A DNA stretch of 64,000 nt from Lepidodermella squamata. Taxonomy: Eukaryota > Animalia > Gastrotricha. Each line of letters starts with the position of its first letter. Position 1 is the first letter of the stretch. The notes beneath the pieces are model-generated. The model was not told where the DNA came from. It did not search any database and was given only the letters and a program-made list of their open reading frames with translations. The stretch covers positions 1,116,001-1,180,000 of the forward strand of contig JBLDXI010000054.1 of assembly GCA_047495785.1 (NCBI GenBank), given 5' to 3'. A program made the translations under genes and the position numbers. This document shows, one piece after another, positions 45,501-58,897 of the stretch.

Positions 45501-47016
45501 ATGGCCTCTAATTCAACCTGTGCTTGTTTTGGCGAGTCTTGCAGCGATTGGCCATTGGCCCTCCTCATGCATGCGGTGTTCATGCCCGCAGCAAGCTTTG
45601 TACTCCTCCTAATCGAAATTTCGACCCTGAAACGAATGTCTACAACCATGCCCATCCTTTTAACAGCATCTGTCATGAAATATCTACCGAGACTGTCACG
45701 ATTCAAGCCTACAGATTCGATGTATTCAGGATCGATACAAGTAACAATGGCTCAGCAGGCAGAAGCTTCAGCATTGGATAATCAAGCCTTCGAATCTGAT
45801 AGAGGCAGTGTAGCCTCAGAATTCTCCGCCATCGACAAACGCCACACTATGGAAACGAATGAAACATACCAGAAAATGGAGAACGAAATGCTCGAGGTTG
45901 AAGAACAGCTGCTGAAGCGATGTCAGAAGAAGTGTTTCATATGCGTAAGGACTATAGTCCGAATCATGGCTGTCTATTCAACGATTCGAACGCTGGACTT
46001 TTTGAAGCCTGAGGCTCACATCTCGCAGTTCCAGGGCGATATCGGATATTTGTTTTGCTACCTGGTTATGCTGATGTTTTTCGTTCAGAGAAGCGCGATT
46101 ACATTCCTGTTGTTCTACATGTCCTTCTCCATAGCTGAGCTTTTGATTGTTACAAGACTGATGCGGAAACATGGGAAGAACTTACTGCCCATGCCAGCGC
46201 CGTTGTTGAAACTGACTGGGACGCCGATTTTCACGATGTTTGGGTGCTTCATCGCCGTAGTGTTGATGCTGACATCTGTTGGAAGTTACGACTGCGTACT
46301 TTGCGATCCTTACCACAAAATTATTCATATAAGACGCCGCGACTTTGATGCATCACTCCATGTTTACAAGGAAATGTTTAGGATGATGGATAATGTCTAT
46401 TTGGCATTAGCTGCTCTATTCGACAGTAAGTTGGTTTTCAAGTTAGCCTTAACCCGAACCCTAACCTGAACCCTAACCCTAACCCTAAATATGACCTCAA
46501 TTTTCAATAAAAGTAAGGGGTTAGGCCAATAACCTCAGGATTCGGGATTTAAGACGGAGAATTTGTAAATTCAATACAACCAATCTTTTTACAATAGCTT
46601 CCCTCCTCTCGTTATCGCTAATCGGTATTGGTTTGACGAGGTATATTGCTGACAGCTATACTGGACCTGTAAAACAATATCTAGTCGCAATCGACCAAGT
46701 ACAGCTTGTGGAAAACAAGACACAGCACGATCTTCGAAAGAAGTTCATAATCACCTGGATTACTGCGATGATTGCAGGGTTTATCATGGCTCTGCATCAA
46801 AAGCTGCACCACCTGAGCGAGCTGATCGCAAAGCTGAATACGTATAGAAATGTTGGAATTCATACGGACTGCATCTTCATCAGTTCTCCGGTCGCGATCT
46901 CGGACCAGCACTGCATCGGCGATGACTACGTGTTCCTGGTGGAAATTTTTACTAATGCTATTGCTTTGCTTCAGCTTAATGGCTTCTTGAAATTCGTATC
47001 TTCCGACAGAAAATGA
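45501..47016 (+). CDS. 'CSDWPL' family multi-pass membrane protein, copy 4 (most divergent)
   Basis: TCACFGESCSDWPLALLMHAVFMP, KKCFICVRTIVRIMAV, MMDNV, GIHTDCIF, LLQLN; intron ~46426-46597. Confidence 0.78.
46447..46488. repeat. Degenerate interstitial (CCCTAA)n telomere-like tract in an intron
   Basis: ccttaacccgaaccctaacctgaaccctaaccctaaccctaa. Confidence 0.65.
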
Positions 47017-47198
47017 ATATAACTAACGCTTTACTAATGACTTGGACACAAAAATAAATATTGCAAACATGACTCGAAAAGCTTGAAGCAGAGTAGAAAT
47101 ATCAGCGAAAAATCAGCAGATTGATTATCGACATTGACTTGTGGTATAACTACAACCCTGTTCCTAGCGAAGAAAGCTGAGACATCGAAGGAGTTGAA

Positions 47199-49977
47199 CT
47201 ACTTGAAGATAGCCGCCAAGCTCTTGGACATGTAGTAAGGCTTGTCTGCACTGCCATCATTTCGCTCGCTATCCTCGAGAACGCATAGGAAGGTCGTTTC
47301 GACTCCGACCTCGTAGACGTGGAAGCAAAGTGAGGCTACGGCGAAGGAAGACAGCACCACTATCTAAAAATGAATCAAATGTAAAATCACCAAATTCCCT
47401 TCATGAAAGATTTACTATGATCGGGACGTAGAAGAAGTGCAATGTGGGGAAAGATGGTTGCAGACTCGGAATCGCAGTTACCAGATCTCCGTGGAAGTAA
47501 AAGTAAGACAACAGACCAACTCCAGCTACGACGATAAGCTTCGAAATCAGAACAAGGAAGCTCGAAACTCCACTCAGGATCACGGCCCGCCCAGCGTTTC
47601 TCATAATCAAAGCCCAAGCGTCGAAGGCAGATACAAGAAAATTACGACCATGGATAGCCATCATGATGTAAGCCTACACATTTCGAAAATATCATCTTTC
47701 ATCCTTCATCGTTAATTCAAACCTTTCTTGCGACGAATTTAACCAGCTTTTCAAGGCACGAGAAGCAGCACTGGACGCATTTGATGAGAAATTCAGCAGC
47801 GTGATTTTGTTGCTTCTTCAACTTGTAGGCGATGTAGTCCAGAATAATGTGCAAAATCGTCATGACAGCTATCAAAAACGATCCGAATGCCAAGGAACCA
47901 ATGTGGTACCTCAGCGTGCGATACAAGGCGTAAAGCAAAGGAATGGCGGGTATATCGTCCGGCTTTTTGAACGACCAGTAATACGCAGCGAAAGATCCTG
48001 CGAGAACTGCGATTCCGAAGCCAGCGACAAAGAAATAGGCCCAGAAGAACATTAAGGCGTTGTAGAGTTGGAAGAAGATCATGAAGTTTGTCTCGCCATA
48101 CTTCACGAATCGACACATATCCGTGAGAGATGTTTTCGCGAAAGCTTTTATCCCGGTTTGCGTTCCATTTGTCGTAACGTTGATCATAGCCTCGTAGTTG
48201 CAGTTTGTCATTGAAACCGGGAGTTTGATCAGCCCAGCATTTGGTTTGTTCGCGAACTGGGGCTTAGCTAGAGTTGCGAGGCAAACTGCTGTTCCGATGG
48301 CGATAGTCAAAACCATCAGTTTAAGGGCGAAGGGGATGAGTGGCCACAGCAAGATGCTAGGCATATGGCTCAGCGCGACAGAAGTTTCTTCGAACAGCTT
48401 GATTGCTAACTTAATTCTCGACCCCAAAAAGCAGAGAGCTAGCAGTGAAATCACAAGAACGGCGAGGGAAATGAATCCAACCCAGAGCCATAGATCGGGC
48501 TGTAGTAAGAAAATTTCAGTTTAAGCCCTGAAAATCTCACAAGAAACTTACGGATTCATTCCGAATAGAGAAAGGCTGGTAAAAAATACAAAAAATATTA
48601 ACAGAAAATGATGAAAATTTAGGAAATTAAGAAAGTGATTCCTTTCCAATCACGAAGAAAAGAGCAGAAATAGCTAAAATAAACAAAGCAGTTAGTGCTA
48701 GGAACTGACCAATTGGGAAACTGACGAGTTCTGACCAAATTCAATATTCTGACCCAATTAATATAATAATCTAATGAAATTACCATAGTTACCATAGTTG
48801 CGTTGACTTGAGCGTTTAACGAATTTGCAAGAGACGACAGCTGATCGGGAATTTTGACGTAGTTAGTCAGCATGTTGTAGCGGTAGAACGCAAACCCTGT
48901 CACGATGATCCAAAGAATGACGAAAATAACCAAACTAGCCCAGACAATTGGGGCGACAACGCATCTGAGCAAAGCGATCCAGATGAAAGAAATGACTAGG
49001 GCAATGGCGATGAATACTAGAATATGCCGCCATGCAGCTTCAAGGTCTGAGAAGCACTTTGACGACCAAGATTGCATTTCAATCAGGTAAGTCACGGCGC
49101 TTCTAGATGCAATCAACTGATCCATGGTAACGATTCCTCCCTTCGCGTCTACGAAGGTTGCATTCGTAGTTTGAGCTACGTAATTTGCTGCGTCGATCAG
49201 ATAACTCGGGACACATCGGCCAGCTACTGGCCGGGCTGGTAATAGATAGGGTGCGCACAACCCGGTTTCGACCAGCTCTTGAACTTTCAACTTGAGCCAT
49301 TTGTTGTCAGGGATTGATTCGTTGAAGTTGACCTGATCAACGCAGACCATTTGTTGCCGTCTCACGTAGGGGCTGATGCCGTTTATATTTTCGGTGAGTT
49401 GGAGGCTCATCCATGACCAGGTTGCGTTTGGGCACTGCTCGACGCAAACTTGAGTTGTGGGGCAGCCTGAGAATGGCAGAGATGCCATATTCTTGGCGCA
49501 TTGCATAAGGTCATAGAAATGCAAGTAAGGCTTTGATCTAAATCAGAATTTTCATCATCATAAATAATTTTTAAGGAAGATTTCTACGCGAATTGATCAA
49601 CTCCACATAGACGGCCCTGGCTGTCAGTTGGGTAGACCAGCATTAACGGGTTACTTTTCGAATAGGCTGAAACATCAAACAAATAAGAATTACCAAGTCA
49701 TTTCATATTGAAATCGAACCGTAAAGAGAAATTATGATTCCGACCAGCGAACAGGCGAGAAATACGAAAAAACAAATGATGTCGGTGCATGATCGGTCGT
49801 GGAGAGGGCCCTTGAACTTTGGGTCATGCGAATAAGCCTCACCTAGCAACGAAAATGAAGAATCACAAGAAAATGCTGACGATTTGAGAACTAACCGAAT
49901 TTTTTCCGCTTCTTCTCTGAAATATCCTCAACCTTGTTGCTTGGCACAATTGGTGTGTTTTCATTCGCTGATGACAT
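47199..49977 (-). CDS. Choline transporter-like protein (SLC44A2/A4 type), multi-exon
   Basis: DPKFKGPLHDRSCTDIIC, LVYPTDSQGRLCG, GCPTTQVCVEQCP, RYHIGSLAFGSFLI, MMAIHGRNFLVSA, FLCVLEDSERNDGSADKPYYMS. Confidence 0.93.
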
Positions 49978-51094
49978 GCCGAAAAAAGAAGGTTAGGTTA
50001 AATTGACAGGATACAAAATTGTATTTCACAGCTTATAATGCCTAATAAATAAATCGACCCTCACGATAAAATGTCTGAAGAATATTAGGTATTGCGTGCT
50101 GAGGCTCGATAATTAAGAGTTGCCACTTGCGCTCCTGAAAAGATTATCGATCGGTCATGAAGTAAGAGAGGTAAATTATACTTTTTGCCAATGAAACTTT
50201 CATTCAGCTCAACTGCACTAACGCATACATTTAGCGCTGATGAATTAGGCATTTAGGAATACTACACAGCGTGTTTTAGGGTGAGGAGCGCCCGTGAGCA
50301 GCTGTTCCCACATTATAAGAAAAACAAAGCGTAGTAATTACGCTGTTTTGCGCCCATGTCTGTATTTTTTGGTATTTTTCAATGCGCTGGATTACGCTAA
50401 TTACCCCTGCGCAATGGCTCGGTGTGTTGGCTCCTTTTGCTCTACGAGCGATCAACATGGAAATAAAAAGCACCTGTGTAAAATGCATAATATGTGGGCC
50501 ACAGAATATCAAAAGATAACTTAATTTCTCTGGCCTAATTTTCTCTTCAAAGATGAATTTACCTTTTGGGGAAGGACCTATGGAGTGTTCCATACGTAAC
50601 ACAAACAAATAAAATTCGGGATAAAGGAATCAGAAATTATAAAATGAGAAAAATCACTGAATGGTCTGAAATGCAATGAGAATACCATTCAGGTAGATTT
50701 CTTGTGAGTAGGATTCAAAAAAAATCCAAGAAATTTGATAAAACCAGGTAAAAACCGAAAATTACCGAACCAGTTACCATCGGGGATTACAGGGTTTTCT
50801 CTAGTAAGTTTTTAACGTCTTCTCCTGAAATATAGTGAATGAAGGATGGAAGATGTTCTCGGCGGGCTAAATTTCAAAAAATTAGTTTAATTTCTTCGAA
50901 ATTTTGCAAAATTTCAAATTGGTTGCGCAATTCAAGGGACTCGCTTTATCAACAATTTCGCTACACACAAGATGAGTGGAATGTTTACATCCAAGCGAGA
51001 AGCTAACTCTTGACACGCCAGCGCATTTCAAGTGTTTTGCGCAACTAGTTTTCGCAACTCCAAAAAAGCAGCAGCATAAATTTGAAGCTACAAC

Positions 51095-51362
51095 ATGTTT
51101 TCCTCTACTCTGTCGTTGGTAATTCTCTCGCTGATTGCTCCGCTATCAATTTTCAAAAATGCTGGGATATCACCAGGTAATCTTGAACTGCCAGCTGTGA
51201 GATCTCAAGTCAAGAAATTTCGTTCTAGTTGAAGGAGGCGAAACAGTTTACAATTTCGAGAAGCAGCGAACAGCGGACCTCGGCGTGGCCATCGCAATTA
51301 TTGTGACCTTACTCCTTGTAATGATAGCTGTCATCTTGATATTCATTTTTGTGAGATGTTAG
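51095..51362 (+). CDS. Single-pass membrane microprotein 1 (divergent member)
   Basis: MFSSTLSLVILSLIAPLSIFKNAGISP/VEGGETVYNFEKQRTADLGVAIAIIVTLLLVMIAVILIFIFVRC*; phase-1 intron. Confidence 0.65.
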
Positions 51363-51448
51363 AAAAATACGACCATCGAACAATAAAATTATTTTACTCA
51401 AAATGTCAGCCATCACAGAAAATTATTGCGATTGTCATACAGTTAACT

Positions 51449-52207
51449 TCACAATTCGTAATGATCTGTTATAACGTCACTTACTTCACCTAACGTTTCT
51501 TCATCACCGATTTGCCACTGGTATAAATCGACGGCCGTAAGTCCTGCTTTCGACTTGACGTCTTTCAAACCTTCGTAATTCTCCATCAAATACCTCACAA
51601 TAGCATCTTGACCGGAAAGAGCGGCATGGTGGAGAGCTGTCATGCCGTCCTGGTCGACTGAAAACGGATTCGCTTGTTTCACCTTGTTTGTTAACAAGTA
51701 TTTCACAATGGCTAAGTGACCGTCCTTTGCAGCCAGCAGTAATGGAGTCCTTTCTAGCCCATCTCTCGCTTCGATCAACTCGTCGTACTGCCGAAGTAAC
51801 AGCTTCACCGAGCCTAGAGATCCTATCCCAGAGCATGCGGCATGAATTGCCATGAACTTGGTTTCAGAGCCGATTTCTCGGGCGAAAATATCGGCACCCA
51901 AGTTCCGGATTAAAAATGCAACAACGCTTGGGTAATCTCGAGTTGCCGCCTCGATCAAAATGGTAGTTTTGACTGCTCCAACTCCAGTCACGAATTTGAT
52001 AAGCGTTGCATCTGCTAATCGTTTCAAGACCGAGCATCGTGGTGTCAACGTTTTCTCTGGGTCGAAGTGGCGTTCGAATTCAAAGCGGAACCGCTCTACG
52101 ATAGCCTTGAGCCTCGATAGGCTGCCAGATTCGACGGACAAGAGCAATTGCATTCCATAGTCTGCCGTCTGAGGGAAAATTCTAGAAATTTCTGAACTGC
52201 AGCTCAA
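51449..52207 (-). CDS. Ankyrin-repeat protein (last exon; upstream exons probably extend to ~52560)
   Basis: RTPLLLAAKDGHLAIVKYLL, GMTALHHAALSGQDAIVRYLM, GLTAVDL. Confidence 0.85.
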   Translation of the reverse strand: MSCSSEISRIFPQTADYGMQLLLSVESGSLSRLKAIVERFRFEFERHFDPEKTLTPRCSVLKRLADATLIKFVTGVGAVKTTILIEAATRDYPSVVAFLIRNLGADIFAREIGSETKFMAIHAACSGIGSLGSVKLLLRQYDELIEARDGLERTPLLLAAKDGHLAIVKYLLTNKVKQANPFSVDQDGMTALHHAALSGQDAIVRYLMENYEGLKDVKSKAGLTAVDLYQWQIGDEETLGEVSDVITDHYEL

Positions 52208-53216
52208 ATTGTGTTACCTGCTGAATGAGGTAATCCGCTTCGGACTTGATTTGGGATTTCCATTTAGAAAAATTAGCACTGTTCGCATTGAGATCAGAAT
52301 TCTTGAGGCTTAATTCATATGCATCATCCTTAAAAGGCAGGATATGAAACAATTTTCCTGAAAATTTAGTTTACTTACAAATAGCTGAAATTCTTCAGAG
52401 CAGTCTACGGCGAAATCGAGCTTTAGAGATAGTTAACGGAAAAAATTCAGTATTACCTTCCATTGGGTCGGAAACCATAGGAAATTCGCCCATAAGTTCG
52501 AATGACGAAGTGGACCATGCAGCAGCAACAATAATCACAGAGAATATTGTCCACAGCATCTTTCAAATTGTCACGAGCCTCGAGTCAAGCCATTCCCTCG
52601 TTTCTTTCTTGCAATTATTAGCCTATTTATCTGAATATAGGCTCTTAAGATGCTCCCCCGCTTTTACTATACGATAAAGAATTAGTACTGACCAGTGAAA
52701 TTATAGTAGTAGCCACGCGTGAGTGGAAAAAATGGGCGTTGGCTAGGCAGTAGTGTTGTTATTATACTCAGTTTTCTTTCACGAGTGCTGTGGCCGCATG
52801 TAGTTTAGTATTATAGAAGCCGCAAGTGCCTTTTTATTGATTAAGCTGGCCACAGCAGTGCGGTCGACTTACGCGCATGTTTTTCCACCTGCCACTCTTT
52901 TATGAAACGGCTTTTGTTTACATTCTTAGATACTATACTGCGGCATCAACGCAATGACAAAAGCGCTTTGTTCGTAAAGTCAACTTGTTACAATAAAGAC
53001 GCTCCGCTCTTTTTGCAAGCGTCTCAGTGTTACATCAATTAACTCCGAAAAAAACGCGTTTTGCAAAATTCTGTCAATTTATTTACATCAATTTGGATAC
53101 AAATTTGAAATTGAAGCCTTCCATGCAATAAATTATGTACAATCTCCATTCATAACCGCATAAAATTCAGCAAATCTGTGCGAGAGGTGTTGTGATAGGT
53201 GCAAAATCTCCAGCCG

Positions 53217-53510
53217 TCAGCATTTTAAGACCCCGAGAGCGCATAGCAGTATGAAAACCAGCAGAAGGATGAAGGTCATAACGCCGAGAACAATCCCAGT
53301 AATTATCAAGGCTTCATCTGTGCCGATCGTCCCAGAAGAAGACTGCGTCTGAGATTGCGCTTCTGTAAACAAATTCCCGATTCATCGACCATTTTTGGGG
53401 TAAAAGTAATTACCGGCTAATTTAGGCGATTGGTGATCGAGGAGACTCAACGGCGAGAGGATAAATACGCTTACCAGCCACCATTTGTGATGTAACCGTG
53501 CTAAACCCAT
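53217..53510 (-). CDS. Single-pass membrane microprotein 2
   Basis: MGLARLHHKWWLVSVFILSPLSLLDHQSPKLA/EAQSQTQSSSGTIGTDEALIITGIVLGVMTFILLLVFILLCALGVLKC*. Confidence 0.72.
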
Positions 53511-53713
53511 TGCCAACAAGTGCGAAGTGATCAAGTGCTTAATTGTGTATAAAAATCCCCTATAATTCGAGGATTGCGTGCGAATCAAATAACGTAAATC
53601 GAACAAAACAAATAACTAAAAAGTGATTGCGATCGAGAGGTATTAGAGTCTGCGATGAGACTTGATGGCCGTTGTTGCTGTCCAAGATTGAGGTTGAGTG
53701 ATTATTTGAGCAT

Positions 53714-54311
53714 TTAGCAGCATTTAACTGCGCCTATCGCTAGCAGGAGGAGTAGGACGAGGAGAAGGATGAATGACATGCTGCCGAGGATTATGCCGAC
53801 CATGACGCCTGCACTGTCGTATGAGATGAACTCTTCACGGTTAAGAGGAGGATGTGGAGCAGCATCTGAGGTTAAGGTTAAGAACATCAACTTGCGTTTA
53901 ATAACCAACAAAGGTTCTTGCAATGATGATTGGGGGCGCGATCCCTAAGGTTAATTTTCAATTTCAATTTCGAATTCAATTTCAATTCCTTCGGCTCTAA
54001 ATTTCTGATTAATTAAGGAATTTTTCTCAATCAGGGAAAATTCGAAAGAAATTTCTTTCTTGCAAACTAAGTGCGGCACTTTTTTCCTAATAATGCGAAG
54101 TATTGAAAGTTTTATGGAATATTTTCAGCCCGATGAGGATTGTTCAAGGTCGAATAGTTCTTTCGATTTTATGTTTAGCGCAATGTTGCCAAGCAAGGCT
54201 CACTTTACCTGTGAATGACGATTGCCAGCATAATAGGAATGACGATATGATGAGCAGCGTAAATAGCCTGATTATTAGGCTGTTACTGAATATTACGGGG
54301 CTAGGCAGCAT
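53714..54311 (-). CDS. Single-pass membrane microprotein 3
   Basis: MLPSPVIFSNSLIIRLFTLLIISSFLLCWQSSFT/DAAPHPPLNREEFISYDSAGVMVGIILGSMSFILLLVLLLLLAIGAVKCC*. Confidence 0.75.
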
Positions 54312-54441
54312 GATTTCTAGATGTTAAAAGAGTTAATTTCCTATTATGGTTAAAACGTTACATATAAGCAATAGGTAAAATTGGTTAGATTCCGGTTAAA
54401 GGTTGAGAGGTTAATAGCAACTAACAAATAAATGTAGCCAA

Positions 54442-54719
54442 TCAGCAACATTTTATTGCGCCGATAGCTACTAAGAGGATGTAAACGAGAACGAGGATGA
54501 AACACATGCTGCCTAGAATGATGCCAACCACTGCCCCAGCTGCGTCCGTTGTGATGAATTCCTCCCTAACGAGAACTGGCTGCGGAGCACATTCTGAAAA
54601 ATATTCAATTTAAAATTTCGAACTGGAGTCGATATAAACGAACCAGCCAGTTTCATGATAAAGGGCGCCAGAGCAAGGAGCCTTGATAACATGAAATTAG
54701 CTCTTAATATCACTTCCAT
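54442..54719 (-). CDS. Single-pass membrane microprotein 4
   Basis: MEVILRANFMLSRLLALAPFIMKLA/ECAPQPVLVREEFITTDAAGAVVGIILGSMCFILVLVYILLVAIGAIKCC*. Confidence 0.72.
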
Positions 54720-54818
54720 CCTTAATAACCGAAAATATTGTCTAAATTATAGAAATAAACGAAATTTTTTGCAAATTGTTGAAGTCTCGGGCAGTTTTGA
54801 AATTAAGCCAGAGATATC

Positions 54819-55056
54819 AAGACCATTTGAGGACTCCGAGAAGGCATTCAAGAGTAAAAACTAAACTAAAGTGAAGATCATGCATCCGAGCACCCTGCCA
54901 ACCAGAAATCCAGCTCCACAGTAATCATAGCGGTCCTGGCGGGAAAAATTATTCTAAAATCTATTTACATTTCAAGTATACCTGAAAGAGCCGCCTAACA
55001 GACACAAATAATTGCACTTCGTCGCAGAAATGTTCGAATCCAATCTTTGTTCCCAT
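54819..55056 (-). pseudogene. Decayed microprotein-family copy
   Basis: DYCGAGFLVGRVLGCMIFTLV* then frameshifted LLGVLKWS*; broken signal exon. Confidence 0.55.
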
Positions 55057-55157
55057 AGTAAAACTCCTATAAATTCCTAAAATTAGAAATATGGCGTAAA
55101 ATTGATGATTTTAATGAGCATTATTCATTGAGCATTCGATCCATTCAAGAGCAGTTT

Positions 55158-55455
55158 TCAAGATACAGCGGTGCAGCATTTGAGTTGGCCTAGAGAGTTC
55201 AGTAAAATCAAAACCATCGCCGCTATAACTGTCATTACAAGAAGTGTCCAGCCAACTATCGCGCCAGCACTATCTAGTTGAATGTATTTCTCACTGTTGA
55301 TAGGAGGCCCTTGCTGGGCAGCTAAATATGAAAATCGAATGAAAAAAACGGCGGAAAAAGTATTGAGCAGTACTTATCGGGTTTTGCGCATTCGAGACTT
55401 CGGTAAACAATAACAATAATGACAGCAGGGTTACGACCTCCGAAACACGTTCCAT
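55158..55455 (-). CDS. Single-pass membrane microprotein 5
   Basis: MERVSEVVTLLSLLLLFTEVSNAQNPI/TAQQGPPINSEKYIQLDSAGAIVGWTLLVMTVIAAMVLILLNSLGQLKCCTAVS*. Confidence 0.72.
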
Positions 55456-56610
55456 AAAACAAATAAATATCTACAAAACTATTGAAAAGCGTGAAAACAA
55501 ACATATTTTTCGCATCAAGCTGAGTGGGCGATCGTATTTTCGCTTCATAATGAGGTATCAATGACAAACAAAAGCATAGAAACAATAGTTGACAGTTGGC
55601 ACCTGGAAGGGTTCACGTTACTAATTGCTGCTGCTGCGTTTTTTAATGCCCCACTCGAGTCGTAGAAGTGTCGAAAAGTTTCATCAACACCGGTCGTGCC
55701 AAGTTGCAGCTGATAAATAACACATTATCATAGCGTAATTAAGACGAAGCCGCGCTCATGCATGAGCATTGCTAGTTAACAAGCCGGCGATTAATTACTC
55801 AAGTATAATACCCATCAATGACAGGCGAGGCGTCAATAAAAAACTGGCAATTAGTATTAATTTTAGGAAAATCCGTAAAATTCCGGCTAGCCAAGAAAAA
55901 AATCCAAAAATTATATATTATGATTTCAGCTATCAGCAATCGCGATAGAAAAATTAAAAAAATAGTGGCTTTAGGCCATAAAATTCGGAGCACAGAACTT
56001 GTTTCGCAACTTTCCTCAGGTGTCAAGGCTGTGTAATGCTCGAGTGCAAAAAGCGCGCAGGCGATTAATGTAGCTAAGATCCCAGAGATACGTTAAATTG
56101 TTTTTTAACCCTCTCACTCCGTTCCCAAAATGACGGCACACCATGGCGCTTATTATTTTGCTTTTATTTATTACAAAACATGGCAATTATCGCCATTTCC
56201 GCTGCTGGAATATACTTTTCTATTAACTCACCAAGTTTACAGTGTTTCTCTGTTTGTCAATAGAGAAAGAGCAACAATGCAGTGTGTCACTTACAGCTTG
56301 CCCGCTGTTAAGAAGGCAAAACACTTGAATTTGTTCACTATTCCTCACGTTTTTGTCTCTGAGAGTGGAAAATTACTTCAAGAATCGCAAAACAGATTTT
56401 CCGGTTTTCGGGTAGACTTTATTTTATAGCCGCGCTGTTTTCGGAATGGAAAAATATCTAAGATTTATGATTCACTGCTTTTTAATGATGCATATGCTAT
56501 AAAAATTAATCTAAATTAATCGGAGAAATAAATATTCATCAGTATTTCGAGTATTTTGATTATGCTGAGCAATCCATTCTTCTTGTTGTTGGTTTGATTT
56601 TCAAGTTGGG

Positions 56611-57638
56611 CTATTTGCATTTTATGACACCTGCAGTTGCCAGGACAATGATTACGACGATGAAGAGGAAGGCCATAACGCCGAGAACGATGCCGATTAT
56701 TACCCCTGCGCCGCTGTAGTCTACCGATGTGACGATTATCGTTGTCGTATCGCCTCGAACTGGGTACAAAAATATTTATAAAAAATGAAAGCAATGTGAT
56801 TCTGAACAGCCGGGTCTAGAAAAATTATTCCAAGGTGGGATATATTGATAAATGGGCTTCTTATAAAGCTTAGCCTATCGAATAAGCCTGAATGCGCCTA
56901 GTTTTGGGGCAAATGAAGATTTTCTTAGAAAATGTTGGGAATTGCTTTGCAGTTGCTGTGGTCACCTCAATTTGAGGGGGCTTTTTGTAACGCATCAGAC
57001 CGTAGAAGTCTAATAGGGATCGTCTCCTATTGATTTTCGAGGTGGACTTCATATCTTTAGGCAAGCATAGTCCTTAACTTTCATTTGTTGAAAAGATTCA
57101 ACCGCAGCGAAAGAGTTTCTAAATTCTCAACCTTGATAGCTATTATGCAACCTTTCAAGTGGACGGAAAATCCCTAAGGAATTTTCTCCCGACAGAGAGC
57201 GAAGTAGGACAGCAGAACTGGTAAGGATAAGGGAAATCGGCATAAGGCTCCCCTAACTGATCGAGCTGACAGTTCAGATTGATTGAACTGGTATGGATTG
57301 TCCCAACCATCTATACCGGCACTTCGCTGTCTCCTTCCCAAATCGTGGATAAGTCTTGGGAAATTTGATACTCGGATCTTCGTGGTACATGAAAACCCGA
57401 GAAAGATACTCCAGCTATTCTAACACTGATACACAAAGCTATCGATCATAGAATGCTTATCGGGCAAAGGACAAACATGAAGGAGATTCTTTAGGACTTG
57501 TCTTCAGCCGTTGATAGTATTAGAATAGTCTAATTTACCTTCATTAAATAGCGCAAGTGGAGATATGACAAGAAGCGATAAGAGTAGGACATTGAGCTGA
57601 CTTGCCAACACCTTTTGTAACGCAGATCGCCGCATCAT
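56611..57638 (-). CDS. Single-pass membrane microprotein 6 (long intron containing a MITE)
   Basis: MMRRSALQKVLASQLNVLLLSLLVISPLALFNE/VRGDTTTIIVTSVDYSGAGVIIGIVLGVMAFLFIVVIIVLATAGVIKCK*; exon 1 assignment inferred from phase and similarity. Confidence 0.68.
57192..57333. mobile_element. Degenerate hAT-type MITE, copy of 37543-37679
   Basis: cagagagcgaagtaggacagcagaactggtaaggata...gaactggtatggatt...cacttcgctgtct. Confidence 0.7.
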
Positions 57639-58897
57639 GACTGAAATGGCAAATTAACAGGCCGTCGCACTACAAAGGAAGAAAAATTGATAACGCAAAT
57701 TTGATGATGAAGATGTAATTCAATATTTACACATGTTCTATTCTATGAAGATGCCAAAAACCGACAACAATTAGTCGACGTGTTACACGAAGTTGTAGAA
57801 GCCAGCGCGGCCGTTGGCGATGATAATTGAGCCGATGGCTGCTAAGTGCTCATTGTCTCTGACACATGTAACAACAATGGGATTTGCGCATAAACAAATA
57901 ACACACGACAGCCGCAGCAGAAGCACGAGCGCCGCGTTAACGTTGTAATTATTGAAAAGTTGCCGAAACAATTGCGCCGTATAATTTGTTTTTCGACTAT
58001 TTCGGCTATTTTTTTGAGCTGATTGCAACTTGTTAAACATGAAAACATGCTTAGATTAGCGTGTAAGATGGTGTTTATCTTAATAATGAGATAAGATTTA
58101 CAAATTTCCACGCATGGCAAAGGTTTTGCATCCCAGCGGCGACGTGACTACTATTCCCCTTGTCGAATGCGCTTGATCCATTTGCGGTAACGGCTGTCGG
58201 CTATCGGCTGTTATTTTTAATTCACATCCTGTTTGCTCGCGCAGCCAATGTTATACCTACTCAGACATTTGAAACTTCAATGGATTTGCCATAGTTTTAC
58301 TGTAAATGTTCTCGAAATTGTTCTTTCTTGCCCTGTGTGATGCATTTATCGCGCTTTTCAAGGGCATAATCAATGATTATGACATAATGGAACAGTTTCA
58401 TCCTAACTGATTGCCCTCCAGTTTTTTTATTTCTGTTTATTTCATTTCGTTTTTGAAAAATGAAAAAATGCTGAAACTCTCTTCTTTTACTGATTGCGAA
58501 GATGGTCTGTTTTTTTTCAAGAAATAACATGCCCAATGGTCTGACTTCGGTCTGACTTAGGATCGACTAACGTTGGTCCTCCTCCGACACTCAATATGGT
58601 TGGAGGAACATTATCATCCTTCAGCCATACTGGGTACACCGGAGTGACTTTTATTCCGTTATCTGTACAGGTTTTTTGTCTTTTTGTTCTAAAATCTTGG
58701 TTTTTTGAGGAAATAAAGAAGATGTTATGTTGTGTTATGTTATGTTATGTTAACATGCCCAACATGAATAAATTCAACCAGCTCAGATGCTTAAATATCT
58801 AACCCATCTCAGGCTAAAATTCTTAGTTCATCATTAACGATTTTCGAAATTCGTTCCTTATTCAAAGATGCTTGCACGATCATTAACGGTGTTTTTA

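Noticed and set aside
57783-58120. Overlapping 85-aa and 92-aa ORFs inside the microprotein cluster
   Set aside because: They lack the family TM/KC signature and any other support.
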